From an uncultured Verrucomicrobiota bacterium (GTDB taxonomy: Bacteria; Verrucomicrobiota; Verrucomicrobiia; Limisphaerales; UBA9464), in the NCBI GenBank assembly GCA_903835555.1, contig CAILNN010000292.1, positions 1,125 to 65,124 of the forward strand: a stretch of DNA of 64,000 nt, written 5' to 3'. The position numbers and the translations under genes are program-made. Positions 47,301 through 56,220 of this stretch are shown piece by piece; position 1 is the stretch's first letter; the number at the start of each line of letters is the position of its first letter. Under the pieces are notes generated by a model. That model ran no database searches. It had not been told where the DNA came from and was given only the letters and a program-made list of their open reading frames with translations.

Positions 47301-47522
47301 TGAGTCGTCCGTGATTTCAGCGATGCGTCGTTCCCATTCGATTTGGTCGAATGGCGTGACCTTGGAGTCGCTGAACGTGCGCTGCAGGCTCAACGTGCGG
47401 GGTTGTGGACGTGCCGATGCTTTTGCACGGCGGGATGCGGTCGCGAGCGAGGAGGACCGACGGGCGGACTTCACAGGGACAGGCGACACGATTGGGGTGG
47501 GGGCGTCAATCATGGCGGACAA
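44376..47522 (-). CDS. nrdJ: Adenosylcobalamin-dependent (class II) ribonucleotide reductase
   Basis: 1048 aa. Active-site block TNPCSEYVFLNNTACNLASLNL and the C-terminal Zn-ribbon CPKCGHITVRNGACYKCLNCG. Confidence 0.95.
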   Translation of the reverse strand: MSAMIDAPTPIVSPVPVKSARRSSSLATASRRAKASARPQPRTLSLQRTFSDSKVTPFDQIEWERRIAEITDDSGKVVFKQANVEVPKNWSQLATKVVCSKYFYGDPQKKEREYSVKQLIHRVTRTIADWGVKDGYFSKADGEVFYDELTWLCANQYGAFNSPVWFNVGLYHEYGVGKGSDKGNWYFDRQKGEAERAPTQYEYPQCSACFIQSVDDNMESIMQLAYSEAMLFKFGSGTGTDLTPIRSAKEKLSGGGKPSGPMSFLRVYDQVANVVKSGGKTRRAAKMNTIRDWHGDIEDFITAKMREEKKAWALIEQGYDGSFNGEAYGSVMYQNENLSVRVSDPFMTAALSGGEWWTRSVTTGEPLEKKEASKLLDLIAEGTWTCGDPGLQYDGAIQKWHTCKGTEPIHSTNPCSEYVFLNNTACNLASLNLMKFKRADGVFDIERFKAAVRIYITAQEILVDNACYPTKAIAENSHIFRTLGLGYANLGSLIMSYGLPYDSNEGRALAGAITAVMTGHAYEQSAEIASIMGAFPGYHDARCTGVPNPPKRDNVESTLDVIRLHREAVEGIAASQDFAFLKNEARGCWDRALARGREFGYRNAQVTVLAPTGTIAFLMDCDTTGVEPDIALVKYKLLAGGGMLKIVNRTVPEALRRLGYSDADVTRIIGHIEKFDTIEDVVLVTDDPAVKAGTAKVGDRISSGLKPEHLAVFDCAFKAHRGQRSIGYMAHLGMMAAAQPFISGAISKTVNLPHEATTQDIRDAYSQAWRMGLKCVAIYRDGSKRSQPLNTKKTNEGQTSAEAATQKTATLESRIQELEAAIVQLEHQASQPLRKRLPDTRPAINHKFEIAGHEGYMTVGMFEDGQPGELFVTMAKEGSTIGGLMDTIGALTSLSLQYGVPLEGLVNKFAHQRFEPSGFTRHPDIRMASSIIDYVFRWMACQFIDGYRQKHSPGSAQPELPMPDLEESDKRNVNRPVTNLAVTATHASVVRVETRSATATAGTIHRSVLSQTFVNQGDAPSCPKCGHITVRNGACYKCLNCGESLGCS

Positions 47523-47696
47523 GAGTTTCTGGCTTCAAAAATCGGAAAACAAAGTGGACGAAAAATTGGGCTAAAAATCGGGTCAAATAGATATGTCAGC
47601 AGTTGCCCACCCAACAAACCCTCCTTGGGCTGTTGGTCGGACGACTGCAACGTCTTAAACACCTACGACGATATTCGGACCGCCGATGGTATCTCC

Positions 47697-47712
47697 ACAC
47701 CTTATTGTGTGT
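47697..47712 (-). promoter_or_regulatory. Weak NrdR-box-like palindrome in the nrdJ upstream region
   Basis: ACAC-CTTATTGT-GTGT fits the ACAC-N8-GTGT frame of the NrdR box consensus as I recall it (acaCwAtATaTwgtgt). The centre is poorly matched, and no convincing second box lies at ~31-32 bp. Confidence 0.2.
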
Positions 47713-47922
47713 GGGTGGCGAGACTACCCCCACATGTTGTGCCTTCAAGCGGATTCTTTGTGGTGTTCACAGAATCGTCACAAGGTGGAGGGCTCTCGCT
47801 TGAGGGTGGCTTGCGAGCCAGGAACTCCAGAGCAAACAGTGAAAAGCACTTACGTGGATTTTGACGCGCCAGAACACGTCGGATACGTAGGGTTTCGGGC
47901 CCCCAAAAATTTTTTTTGCGGG

Positions 47923-49452
47923 CTAGCCGCGATGATGCAGCCAACCGGTCTTGGGGGGGGCGGGGGCGGGACGATTCCAAACCGCAGGTGAACCCATGCC
48001 GCCAACCCGGCCCACGGGACGGAGCCAGACTTCATCTGGAACACCCTCTGAATTAGCCAGTTCCATGACACAACGGCGGTCTGTGCCCGGCAGGAAAGTC
48101 GCCTGCCACCGATCGCCGCGACGGTATTGAATAACCCATTGCTGCACGGCCTCGCTTCCTGAGGGCTTCCACCGCAATTCAAACGCCTTGCCACTTCGCG
48201 CGGTGGAGACACTCAAGCTAGGCTGTCCCGGTCGCTCACGATGGAGCCACGTCATTTCCGGGAGCAAGGCGGGCTCCCGAAAGAGTTCATGGCATAGGTT
48301 AGTGGTCACACCCCCCAAGTTGCTGTGCAGGCTGGTAGCATTCCAAAAAAGCTCACCGTGAGTGCCGGATTGGGCGCGTCGAAGGCGAACCTGCTGGGCA
48401 ATATCATCGGCAGACCGATCTTTACCGATGTTGGCCGTAGCCAAACCGCTGACCATCAGGCGGCCTTGCGTGTTTTCTCCCGCCCACCATTCGAGCAATC
48501 GGCCAAAGTCCTGTTCGCGCCGACCGATGGGCCAATAAAGTTGGGGAGCGAAATAGTCCGCCCAACCGCCGCGCAGCCAACGACGGGCATCTGCGTACAA
48601 AGTGGCATAGGAGTCCAAGCCGCGAATTCCGGCTGGGAATCCCGGTCGCCAGATGCCAAATGGACTGATCCCGAACTTTAGCCAAGGCTTGAGAGCGTGA
48701 AGCCGTTCGTTGAGCTGTTGCACAAACAAGTCGACACTTTCGCGCCTCCAATCTTCTCGCTCCAATCGCCCGCCTCTGGCGCGGTAGGCTTTAAAACTGG
48801 CATCATCGTTGAAGACCGCCGGCGTGGTCGTGCCAGGAACGTTTTCAGGGTAAGGATAGAAGTAGTCGTCGATATGAATGCCATCGACATCGTACCGTCG
48901 CGCCACATCCAGGATAACTTTCAACGAGTATTCCCGGACTGCCGGATTGCCCGGGTCCATCCACAAGTAGCGTCCGTATCGATGAATCCACTCTGGATGG
49001 CTGATTGAGACATGGCTGGCGCAGGTGGGGGAAATCGATTGATGATACCGGGCACGGTACGGATTGAACCATGCGTGAAGCTCCAGCCCTCGCGCATGGG
49101 CCTCAGCCACGGCAAATTTGAGCGGGTCCCAAAAGGGACGGGGAGCCTGGCCCATCCGCCCGCTCAGGTATTCACTCCATGGCTCCAGGGACGACTCATA
49201 GAGCGCATCGCATGCCGTCCGTACCTGGAAAACGACTACGTTGAAGTTCAATCGCTTGGCCGTGTCCAGCACTTGCCGAAGTTCGTCCTGCTGTTGAGCC
49301 ACCGGCAAACCGGCCTTGCTGGGCCAATCCACATTGCCAACCGTCGCAATCCACATGCCGCGAAACTCCCTTGGAATGGGCGGCGGAGCAGGAACGGCTA
49401 AAAGGCGGCAGGCCAGTACCAAGCAAATCCACCAGCCCCAAAAGCACCTCAT
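47923..49452 (-). CDS. GHL10 / YngK-like (DUF187) glycoside-hydrolase-like TIM-barrel protein
   Basis: FRGMWIATVGNVDWPSK..ELRQVLDTAKRLNFNVVVFQVR..DALYESSLEPWSEYLSG..GLELHAWFNPYR..DGIHIDDYFYPYP. The start is taken at ATG 49452 (MRCFWGWWICLVLA signal). Confidence 0.85.
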   Translation of the reverse strand: MRCFWGWWICLVLACRLLAVPAPPPIPREFRGMWIATVGNVDWPSKAGLPVAQQQDELRQVLDTAKRLNFNVVVFQVRTACDALYESSLEPWSEYLSGRMGQAPRPFWDPLKFAVAEAHARGLELHAWFNPYRARYHQSISPTCASHVSISHPEWIHRYGRYLWMDPGNPAVREYSLKVILDVARRYDVDGIHIDDYFYPYPENVPGTTTPAVFNDDASFKAYRARGGRLEREDWRRESVDLFVQQLNERLHALKPWLKFGISPFGIWRPGFPAGIRGLDSYATLYADARRWLRGGWADYFAPQLYWPIGRREQDFGRLLEWWAGENTQGRLMVSGLATANIGKDRSADDIAQQVRLRRAQSGTHGELFWNATSLHSNLGGVTTNLCHELFREPALLPEMTWLHRERPGQPSLSVSTARSGKAFELRWKPSGSEAVQQWVIQYRRGDRWQATFLPGTDRRCVMELANSEGVPDEVWLRPVGRVGGMGSPAVWNRPAPAPPKTGWLHHRG

Positions 49453-49572
49453 TGTGATAATGGTCCCTATAGTGACGCACCATGCCCCTGGAATCAAGCG
49501 GATCGAAATATAAGACGCATTGTTTGGTGATGGCAGTTTCAAAGGGAACCAAAGTATGCGACCCTCCGCTCC

Positions 49573-51057
49573 GTGCGAATCACGAACTTAAATCCCGACG
49601 CGGACATCGGTGCCAGTGCCTGGCTCGTCGAAATCGAAGGACGAAGCCTCCTCCTCGATGCCGGCACCCACCCCCGACGCGAGGCCGCCGACAGCCTGCC
49701 GCTGTTTGAGGCAGCGGCTCATTTGGACTTGGAGGCTATTGCCATTTCCCATTGCCACTTGGACCACGTGGGTGGACTTCCTGTGGCTCTCAAGCGCTTC
49801 CCCCATTCCCGGGTCTTTATGACCGACCTCAGTTACTTTCTGGTGGAACGGGTTCTCCACAATTCCGTCAACGTCATGACCCGCCAGCGGGATGAACGGG
49901 GGATTAAAGGTTACCCACTCTATACCCATGAGGAAGTCGATGACTTTGCCGCCGTCTTCGATGGACTCGGCTATCGCCGGGAGGTGGAATGGGCTCAGCC
50001 TGTCCGCGGACGCAAGTCTGGCGGTCCATATACCCTCGAATTTCATGATGCTGGACACACCATGGGTTCTGCGGGTGTCTTGGTGAAGGCAGGCCGCCGG
50101 TCGCTTTTCTATTCCGGTGATGTTTGCTTTCACGACCAGACATTGCTCCGGGCGGCCCAATTCAACGGCATCAAGGCGGAAGCCTTGATCGTTGAGACCA
50201 CCCGCGGTGCCCAACCCACCCCTCGCGGTTTTTCCCGCGCTGCCGAAATCAAACGGCTTGCCGCCTCCATTCAAGCCGTCCAGGCCCGGAAAGGCGGTGT
50301 GTTGATTCCTGCCTTTGCTCTCGGGCGCACACAGGAAATGTTGGCAACCATTGCCCTCCTCATGCGTTCTGGTCAGTTGAGGCGTCAGCCCGTTTACATT
50401 GGTGGTTTGGGCCGCGTCTTTACTGAAATCTACGACCTCCAGTCCAAGCGTACCCACCGGCATCACCCCGATCTCAAGCTCATTCGCGAACTGAATCTGG
50501 TGGTCGTGTCCGCTGATGAAATCCGCCACATGCCCTTGGCCGGGCGAATTTTCGTCCTGACCTCTGGAATGGTCGTGGAAAACACCGCCGCCTACGAAGT
50601 CGCCCTCCGGATGCTCGAAGACCAGCGGCATGGAATATTTTTTGTTGGATACAGCGATCCAGCCGCACCCGGTGGAAGGTTGCGCGCGGCCGGTACCGGC
50701 GGGCAGTGTCGGATGGGCGAAGATGGGCGGGTCTACCCGGTCAAGTGCGAGGTGGATTCCTTCGATCTGACCGCTCATGCTCAACGTCAGTCAATCCTAT
50801 CCTGGATCGGTAAAGTAAACCCACGAACGGTGATTTTGGGGCATGGAGACGCCACAGCGCGTGAGTGGTTCACCTCCGAATTGAAACGTCGTCATCCCAA
50901 AATGAACGTGGTTTCCCCTGGCCCAGGGCAAACCGTGGAAATCGCGTCTGCGACACGGTCAACATCCGTGGCAAGTCGGTCGGCGTCGCCCAAGCCCACT
51001 TCCGCCCAAGGGCATTCAGTGGAAAAACTAGTTGTCAATCCGCCGTTACCGTCCTAA
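49573..51057 (+). CDS. MBL-fold metallo-hydrolase of the beta-CASP (RNA-metabolising) type
   Basis: GASAWLVEIEGRSLLLDAG.., ISHCHLDHVGGLP, DAGHTMGSAG, and later ..LTAHAQ..ILGHGD. GTG start. Confidence 0.85.
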   Translation: MRITNLNPDADIGASAWLVEIEGRSLLLDAGTHPRREAADSLPLFEAAAHLDLEAIAISHCHLDHVGGLPVALKRFPHSRVFMTDLSYFLVERVLHNSVNVMTRQRDERGIKGYPLYTHEEVDDFAAVFDGLGYRREVEWAQPVRGRKSGGPYTLEFHDAGHTMGSAGVLVKAGRRSLFYSGDVCFHDQTLLRAAQFNGIKAEALIVETTRGAQPTPRGFSRAAEIKRLAASIQAVQARKGGVLIPAFALGRTQEMLATIALLMRSGQLRRQPVYIGGLGRVFTEIYDLQSKRTHRHHPDLKLIRELNLVVVSADEIRHMPLAGRIFVLTSGMVVENTAAYEVALRMLEDQRHGIFFVGYSDPAAPGGRLRAAGTGGQCRMGEDGRVYPVKCEVDSFDLTAHAQRQSILSWIGKVNPRTVILGHGDATAREWFTSELKRRHPKMNVVSPGPGQTVEIASATRSTSVASRSASPKPTSAQGHSVEKLVVNPPLPS

Positions 51058-51132
51058 CTATCCGGTTCGTCGCACCTATTTGGGTGCCAGGGCAGTCGGT
51101 TTACTGTCCCGTGATACAGGTTAGTGGATAGA

Positions 51133-51146
51133 ACACACACACACAC
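51133..51146. repeat. (AC)7 dinucleotide microsatellite
   Basis: ACACACACACACAC lies 25-38 nt upstream of the porin ATG, just upstream of the AAGAGGA Shine-Dalgarno-like element. Confidence 0.95.
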
Positions 51147-51170
51147 GCTAGCATATCAAGAGGAACTGCA

Positions 51171-52421
51171 ATGAAGGTTAATAAATTGACAGTCGCTTTG
51201 GCGGCCACCAGCGTGGTCGGCTTTGCCGCTCAAGCGGAAGAAAAATCATCGCCGGTCAACACGTTGTTGCCCTCCACCACATTGAGCGGATTCGTCGATA
51301 CGTCCGCCAATTGGGACGTCGGCAACAACAAGACTACGGCCAACCGCTTCCCCAATTCAGCGGCAGACCGTCAGGGTGGTTTTAACCTGAACGCCATCAA
51401 GGTCGCCCTTGAAAAACCCCTCGACGAAGGAACTTGGTCCGCCGGGTACAAGGTTGAATCCGTTGTGGGCTCGGATGCTAACCGCCTCCCGGGACGCTTC
51501 TCGTCTTCCACCAACTCCGCCATCGTCGGTGCCATTAAGCAGGCGTATGTCGCCCTGCGTGCTCCGATCGGCAACGGACTGGACTTCAAGATTGGTCAGT
51601 TCGATCCGATCATCGGCTACGAAGTGTTCGACAGCTACGCCAATCCGAACTTCAGCCGCTCGTATGGCTTCTTCCTCGAACCGCAGAGCCACACGGGTAT
51701 CCTGGCTACCTACCAGTTCAGCGAAACCGTTGGGGTCGCCGGTGGTATTGCCGACACCCACTTCGGTGGCGCAAACACCAAGACTGTCAACCGCACCATC
51801 AAGACTTACATGGGCGGCCTGACGTTGAAAGCCCCCGAAAGCTTCGGGTGGCTTGCCGGTTCGTCTTTGTACGCTGGTGCCGTTGTCGGAGCTGATTCGT
51901 CTACCTCCATTACCACTGGCGTTGACGAAAACGGTTTGCCCATCGTCGGCAACCCGGTTGAAACCACCAAGCGCCCCGTCAATCTGTACGCCGGTTCGTC
52001 GATCGCCACTCCCCTCAAGGCTTTGACCTGGGGTGTCAGCTACGACTACCTCTTCAATCCGTACAATACCGATTCCAGCCATACGTTGTTCGATATTGCC
52101 AGCACCCGTGCCGGGCTTTCATCCTACGCCAATGCCTTCGCTGCTTATATCTCCTATCAGTTGTCCGAGAAGGCCAAGCTGAATCTCCGCGGCGAATACG
52201 CGACCTCGTCTGGCGGTATCTTCATCCCGACCACAGTCGGCTTCTCCAACGACGAGAAACTCACCGGAGCCACCGTGACCCTCGACTACTCTCTCTGGGC
52301 TAACGTCCTTACTCGTCTCGAAGTCCGTTGGGACCACGTCGCTGGCGGTTCCATCGAACGTCCGTTCAACGACAACCGCAACGATGTCTCGGTCGCGGCG
52401 AATATCATCTACAAGTTCTAA
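51171..52421 (+). CDS. Outer-membrane beta-barrel porin-like protein
   Basis: Signal peptide (LTVALAATSVVGFAAQA), alternating beta-strand-like composition, and a C-terminal aromatic end (..NIIYKF). Confidence 0.7.
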   Translation: MKVNKLTVALAATSVVGFAAQAEEKSSPVNTLLPSTTLSGFVDTSANWDVGNNKTTANRFPNSAADRQGGFNLNAIKVALEKPLDEGTWSAGYKVESVVGSDANRLPGRFSSSTNSAIVGAIKQAYVALRAPIGNGLDFKIGQFDPIIGYEVFDSYANPNFSRSYGFFLEPQSHTGILATYQFSETVGVAGGIADTHFGGANTKTVNRTIKTYMGGLTLKAPESFGWLAGSSLYAGAVVGADSSTSITTGVDENGLPIVGNPVETTKRPVNLYAGSSIATPLKALTWGVSYDYLFNPYNTDSSHTLFDIASTRAGLSSYANAFAAYISYQLSEKAKLNLRGEYATSSGGIFIPTTVGFSNDEKLTGATVTLDYSLWANVLTRLEVRWDHVAGGSIERPFNDNRNDVSVAANIIYKF

Positions 52422-52440
52422 GTTAGGCCTTGCCTGACAA

Positions 52441-52470
52441 CCCTCCCGGCAATCCGGGAGGGTTTTTTAT
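52441..52470 (+). terminator. Rho-independent terminator after the porin gene
   Basis: CCCTCCCGG-CAAT-CCGGGAGGG (9-bp perfect stem) followed by TTTTTT. Confidence 0.85.
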
Positions 52471-52552
52471 TTCCGGCTCCAGGAACTCCTTTGCTCATTT
52501 TGCACCTTGGCGGGATCATTTGTGGGAAAAAGAAAGGAGAGGATAAAGCGCC

Positions 52553-53536
52553 ATGTTAGGTCCACTGACCGAGGAATATCTCGTCCACCTGCGCCATGAA
52601 CGCGGGCGTGCCGAACATACCCAAAAGACCTACGCCCATTTCTTGGGTCGATTCGTTTTGTGGGCGGAGGCCCGGGGCCGGACCAAGTGGCCGGAAGTCA
52701 CTACGACCGATCTCCTGGATTACCTGGAACTTCAACGACTCCAGTCGACGGCTCTCGGGCGCCCGCCTCGCAAGCCGCCCGCAGAAAATATTCCGGCGGA
52801 GACATCCTCCGGTGTACCTCATAACCCGCTTCGAAAACGTAGCTCTGCCAGTCTCTACCTCCAGATCGCCGCTTTGCGGGGTTTCTTCAATTTTGCCGAA
52901 GACGAAGGGGTTATCCCGCAAAATCCAGCCGTCCACCTGAGCCTCCCCCGTCGATGGCAGCGGGTACCCAAGGCGCTTTCGGAGCAGGAGATCGCCCGGA
53001 TTCTCAAACCGCCGACGGCGGCTGTCCCCAGTGTCCTATGCGACTTTGCTGTCCTTGAACTCGCCTACGCCAGCGGGTTGCGTTTGGCGGAATTGCGCGA
53101 CATTCGATTGGAGCAGTTGCACCTGGATGCAGGGTTTATAACCGTCATCGGCAAAGGCAACAAGGAACGTGTTGTGCCAGTTGGAAAATGGGCGATCGCG
53201 GCTCTACGCCGCTATTTATTGGCTGGCCGACCTGACTTGGTTCGCGCCAATTCACCCGCTACTGTCTTCCTCACCCGCCGTGGGACCGCCTTTGCATCGG
53301 TGACGCTCTGGCTGCGGATTAAACAGCACGTCCGGCGAAGCGGAATCGAGCGTCCGATCACCCCACACATGCTCCGCCACAGCTTCGCCACTCACTTGCT
53401 GCATCACGGAGCCGATCTGCGGGTCATCCAGGAGTTGCTCGGCCACGCCAGTATTAGCACGACGGAGGTCTATACCCATGTCAGCCCCCGACACCTTCGT
53501 GACGTCCATGATCGTTTTCACCCCCGGGCGAAATAG
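52553..53536 (+). CDS. Tyrosine site-specific recombinase, XerC/XerD-like
   Basis: N-terminal SAM-like domain (EEYLVHLRHERGRAEHTQKTYAHFLGRF). Catalytic residues are in context: ASGLRLAEL, HMLRHSFATHLL, LLGHASISTTEVYTHV. A ~40-aa insertion follows the first domain. Confidence 0.9.
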   Translation: MLGPLTEEYLVHLRHERGRAEHTQKTYAHFLGRFVLWAEARGRTKWPEVTTTDLLDYLELQRLQSTALGRPPRKPPAENIPAETSSGVPHNPLRKRSSASLYLQIAALRGFFNFAEDEGVIPQNPAVHLSLPRRWQRVPKALSEQEIARILKPPTAAVPSVLCDFAVLELAYASGLRLAELRDIRLEQLHLDAGFITVIGKGNKERVVPVGKWAIAALRRYLLAGRPDLVRANSPATVFLTRRGTAFASVTLWLRIKQHVRRSGIERPITPHMLRHSFATHLLHHGADLRVIQELLGHASISTTEVYTHVSPRHLRDVHDRFHPRAK

Positions 53537-53578
53537 CAGCGAATGGTCGGTTCATGTCATCCCCCGTCCAATGTCCCG

Positions 53579-54874
53579 TCAGTTCGGCAATTGTCGCAAA
53601 CGACCGCTGCCGCTGTTCCGCACCCAAACCGTGACCAATAACAATGCGGCAGCCATCAAATAAATCGCCCCACCCCACGAGATTGCCTCGCTCATATTGG
53701 CTATCGCAGTAGCCCGACGCCCATGGTCCGCTATCCACCCCACCATCCACGGACCGAGCGCCCCTCCGCCCCATCCGACCATATTCATGAGACCGACTAC
53801 CGTGCCACGCGCGCGCGGTTCAACGGTGTCGTAAAGCGTAGCGAAAATACCCGAATCGTAGAAACCCTTGCCCAGTCCAAAACAGACCATCGACGCAATC
53901 AAGGTGTTAGACTCAGTCGTATGGCCCACTTGAAAGACAAACGCCGCCCCAAAAAGCAGTCCCATCGCTTGGACCAGAACCCGCCCGCCCCGAACCCGAA
54001 GAGCCCAGTGATCGGCCATCCATCCGGCCAATGGGACGCTGACAGCGCTCGCCAGATGAATGAAAACCGTACCGCTCAGCCCGGCAATCGCCAGGTTATA
54101 ATGAAATTTTTCCTTTAGAAACGTGGGACTCCAGACCAGGAATACCCCTGCGACCGAATTGGCCAGTGCGAAAGCCAACATCAGTAAGAGAATGCTATGA
54201 TCGGCGAAAACCGCACGCAGGGTATCTGAAATGCCCAAGGGGCGCACTTTGGCACCTGTCTGCGCGGGGGATTGCTGATCCGAGGCACCCCTCACCGGTT
54301 CCTGGAGAAAGCGGTTCAGGCATAGGGCAAGGCCCACTCCAGCGAGGCCAAATACATAGAAGCCAGTCCGCCACCCATACCGCATGGCCAGCCAGGCGGT
54401 GGCCCACGAACCAAGAATCGTTCCAGCATACACACTCGACTGATGCCATGCCAATGCCCGTGAGCGTGTTCCCGCCGGATGATAGTCACTGGCAAGCGAC
54501 ATGCTGGCCGGAAAATAAAAAGTCTCCCCCAACCCCTCCAAAGCTCGCACCGTCACGAATTGTCCAACCGAGGTACACCATCCCGTCATCAGCGTGACCG
54601 TGCTCCAGAAGAGGCAACCGCCTAGGATCAAGTCCCGGCGACGAAACCGGTCGCAGATAGGCCCCGAGATTAACGAGGCCCCGGCGTACACCCACATGAA
54701 TGCAGACCCAATCAAGCCCAACTGGGATTTGCTGAAATGAAAGGCACGTTCGAGCTCGGGGAAAACCGCCGACATACCCTGCCGATCGGCATAGTTGAAA
54801 AAACAAATCCACCACAGCATAAACACGACCCACCATTTATAGCGTGAGCTCGTGGACAAATCGGCATTGGGCAA
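53579..54874 (-). CDS. MFS transporter
   Basis: YKWWVVFMLWWICFFNYADRQGMSAVFPEL..GLIGSAFMWVYAG.. followed by ~12 hydrophobic helices. The track ORF extends to a TTG at 55030, but that N-terminal stretch is Arg/Gly-rich and un-protein-like. An in-frame TTG at 54874 is used here, and the start is uncertain. Confidence 0.8.
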   Translation of the reverse strand: MPNADLSTSSRYKWWVVFMLWWICFFNYADRQGMSAVFPELERAFHFSKSQLGLIGSAFMWVYAGASLISGPICDRFRRRDLILGGCLFWSTVTLMTGWCTSVGQFVTVRALEGLGETFYFPASMSLASDYHPAGTRSRALAWHQSSVYAGTILGSWATAWLAMRYGWRTGFYVFGLAGVGLALCLNRFLQEPVRGASDQQSPAQTGAKVRPLGISDTLRAVFADHSILLLMLAFALANSVAGVFLVWSPTFLKEKFHYNLAIAGLSGTVFIHLASAVSVPLAGWMADHWALRVRGGRVLVQAMGLLFGAAFVFQVGHTTESNTLIASMVCFGLGKGFYDSGIFATLYDTVEPRARGTVVGLMNMVGWGGGALGPWMVGWIADHGRRATAIANMSEAISWGGAIYLMAAALLLVTVWVRNSGSGRLRQLPN

Positions 54875-55026
54875 GCAACAATGGAAAACTTCACCGCATA
54901 ACCGTGGCAAGCCCAAAAAGGGTGCGCCCGTAGCTCTTAAGCGCAGACCCCGAGCGCCTCGGGTGGGAAGCTGCTGCATCGCAGGTCTCCCGGCCAATCC
55001 GGGCACCGATCCTTTCCCCTTTCCCC

Positions 55027-55464
55027 TCAATCGCCATCCGACCGTGGCCCATTCGAGGATGAAGGTTGCATTTCCACCGAAGTCACCAAGTCAGCAATCT
55101 CGACAAACGAATCCAACAACGATTGGCGACGGCTCGGTTCGAGCCGCTCCAATCGCGTCGCCAACGGTACCAACCAATGCGGAACCGGTTCACTTGTTGC
55201 TTTCCGTTGGCATATTGGCCCCTCGTTCTCCAACAGTTCCTCCGGCGACACTCCCAATTCTGCGCACAATCTGCGCATGAGATTCGGACGCGGCAGATTG
55301 GTTCCGCCGCGCTCCCAAACTTGAATGGAACGAATGGAGACATGTGCGCGGGAAGCCAACTCCTGCTGGGTCAAGGCGCGAAGCAAGCGGGCGGCCATCA
55401 TCCGTTGGCCAAAAATATGCGTCTTTTCTGCACGATTCATCTTGCTTTGAAGTGTTATCTGCAC
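55027..55464 (-). CDS. XRE-family helix-turn-helix regulator
   Basis: FGQRMMAARLLRALTQQELASRAHVSIRSIQVWERGGTNLP. The start may be the ATG at 55440 (MNRAEK). Confidence 0.75.
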   Translation of the reverse strand: MQITLQSKMNRAEKTHIFGQRMMAARLLRALTQQELASRAHVSIRSIQVWERGGTNLPRPNLMRRLCAELGVSPEELLENEGPICQRKATSEPVPHWLVPLATRLERLEPSRRQSLLDSFVEIADLVTSVEMQPSSSNGPRSDGD

Positions 55465-55526
55465 TAGATATGCGTGCAGAATGACAGAATAAGTGCAGAC
55501 GTCAAACTGAACCTACTCCTTGAACC

Positions 55527-55937
55527 GTGAATACCACCAAGACCACCATTCAAACGCTGCAGGCAGGCAACAACCGACCATCGACCGCCGAAAAGGCTAT
55601 CCCTGTCGATCCAGGCCTGCAATTTCCGGGACGTACAGTCCTATATGTTCACGAATGTGCGGCTCGCCTGCGGGTGGCTCCTCAGCATATCATCGACCTC
55701 ATTGAAGAAGGTGCCTTAGCGGCATTGGATGTGGGCGGGAACGGTGGAACTGTTCGGGTTCCGCCCAACTTTCTGACCGTAGTGGCGGAGCGATGTGGGC
55801 GTCCGGAGGTACAGATTCGGGAACTATTGGAACGGGTCCGCGCCGAGAATCCGCGCAAACGAGCCAGTTGGCGGATACCGGTCGCGGGATGGACGGCCTT
55901 TCTGGAACGGCGAAACACGTTGATCCACCCCATATAG
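55527..55937 (+). CDS. Putative excisionase/MerR-type (HTH_17-like) DNA-binding protein
   Basis: LYVHECAARLRVAPQHIIDLIEEGALAALDVG...VRVP fits the short winged-HTH excisionase-family pattern. Divergent from the XRE gene. Confidence 0.5.
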   Translation: MNTTKTTIQTLQAGNNRPSTAEKAIPVDPGLQFPGRTVLYVHECAARLRVAPQHIIDLIEEGALAALDVGGNGGTVRVPPNFLTVVAERCGRPEVQIRELLERVRAENPRKRASWRIPVAGWTAFLERRNTLIHPI

Positions 55938-56204
55938 GCTTCCTCTTTCAGAAAAAGAGCGTGCCCAATCCGATGAGAGTTCGGTGTGACGTCCCCGCCC
56001 AAATTTCCAGGAAGCCTTGACGTGGGCTCCAGACGGAAATCGCGCCCCTTTGTAGGGATGCAGGAAATCGAGTGAGGTGGTCAAAAATAGCCACAAAGGG
56101 TTGACGTTCGCCCAGTGTGGATCACCAATTGATACTCTGTTGATATTTGTAAAATACTTTGATTCAATAGGTTACAACGGCTTTCTAGGGGATAGATCCA
56201 TGGG

Positions 56205-56220
56205 TGGCATCACCGTTGCT
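56205..56220 (+). promoter_or_regulatory. Candidate sigma-54 (-24/-12) promoter upstream of glnK-amtB module 1
   Basis: TGGCAT-CACCG-TTGCT versus the consensus TGGCAC-N5-TTGCW. The GG/GC spacing is correct. It lies 261 nt upstream of the glnK ATG. Confidence 0.45.

Noticed and set aside
47731-47741. CACATGTTGTG as a second NrdR box ~32 bp from the first.
   Set aside because: The arm spacing is N3 rather than the N8 required by the 16-bp NrdR box frame. It is mentioned only as context in the nrdJ leader finding.
47523-47922. Possible cobalamin riboswitch upstream of the B12-dependent nrdJ.
   Set aside because: I could not find a B12-box-like element or the conserved GCCACTG core on the minus strand. 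B12 riboswitches normally repress B12-independent isozymes rather than nrdJ.
47953-47970. G8-C-G5-C-G3 run (C-rich on the coding strand) near the 3' end of the GHL10 gene, considered as a possible G-quadruplex or phase-variable homopolymer.
   Set aside because: It encodes the Pro/Ala-rich extreme C-terminus (..PAPAPPKTG..) about 30 nt from the stop. A slip would change only the last ~12 residues, and nothing else supports a regulatory role.
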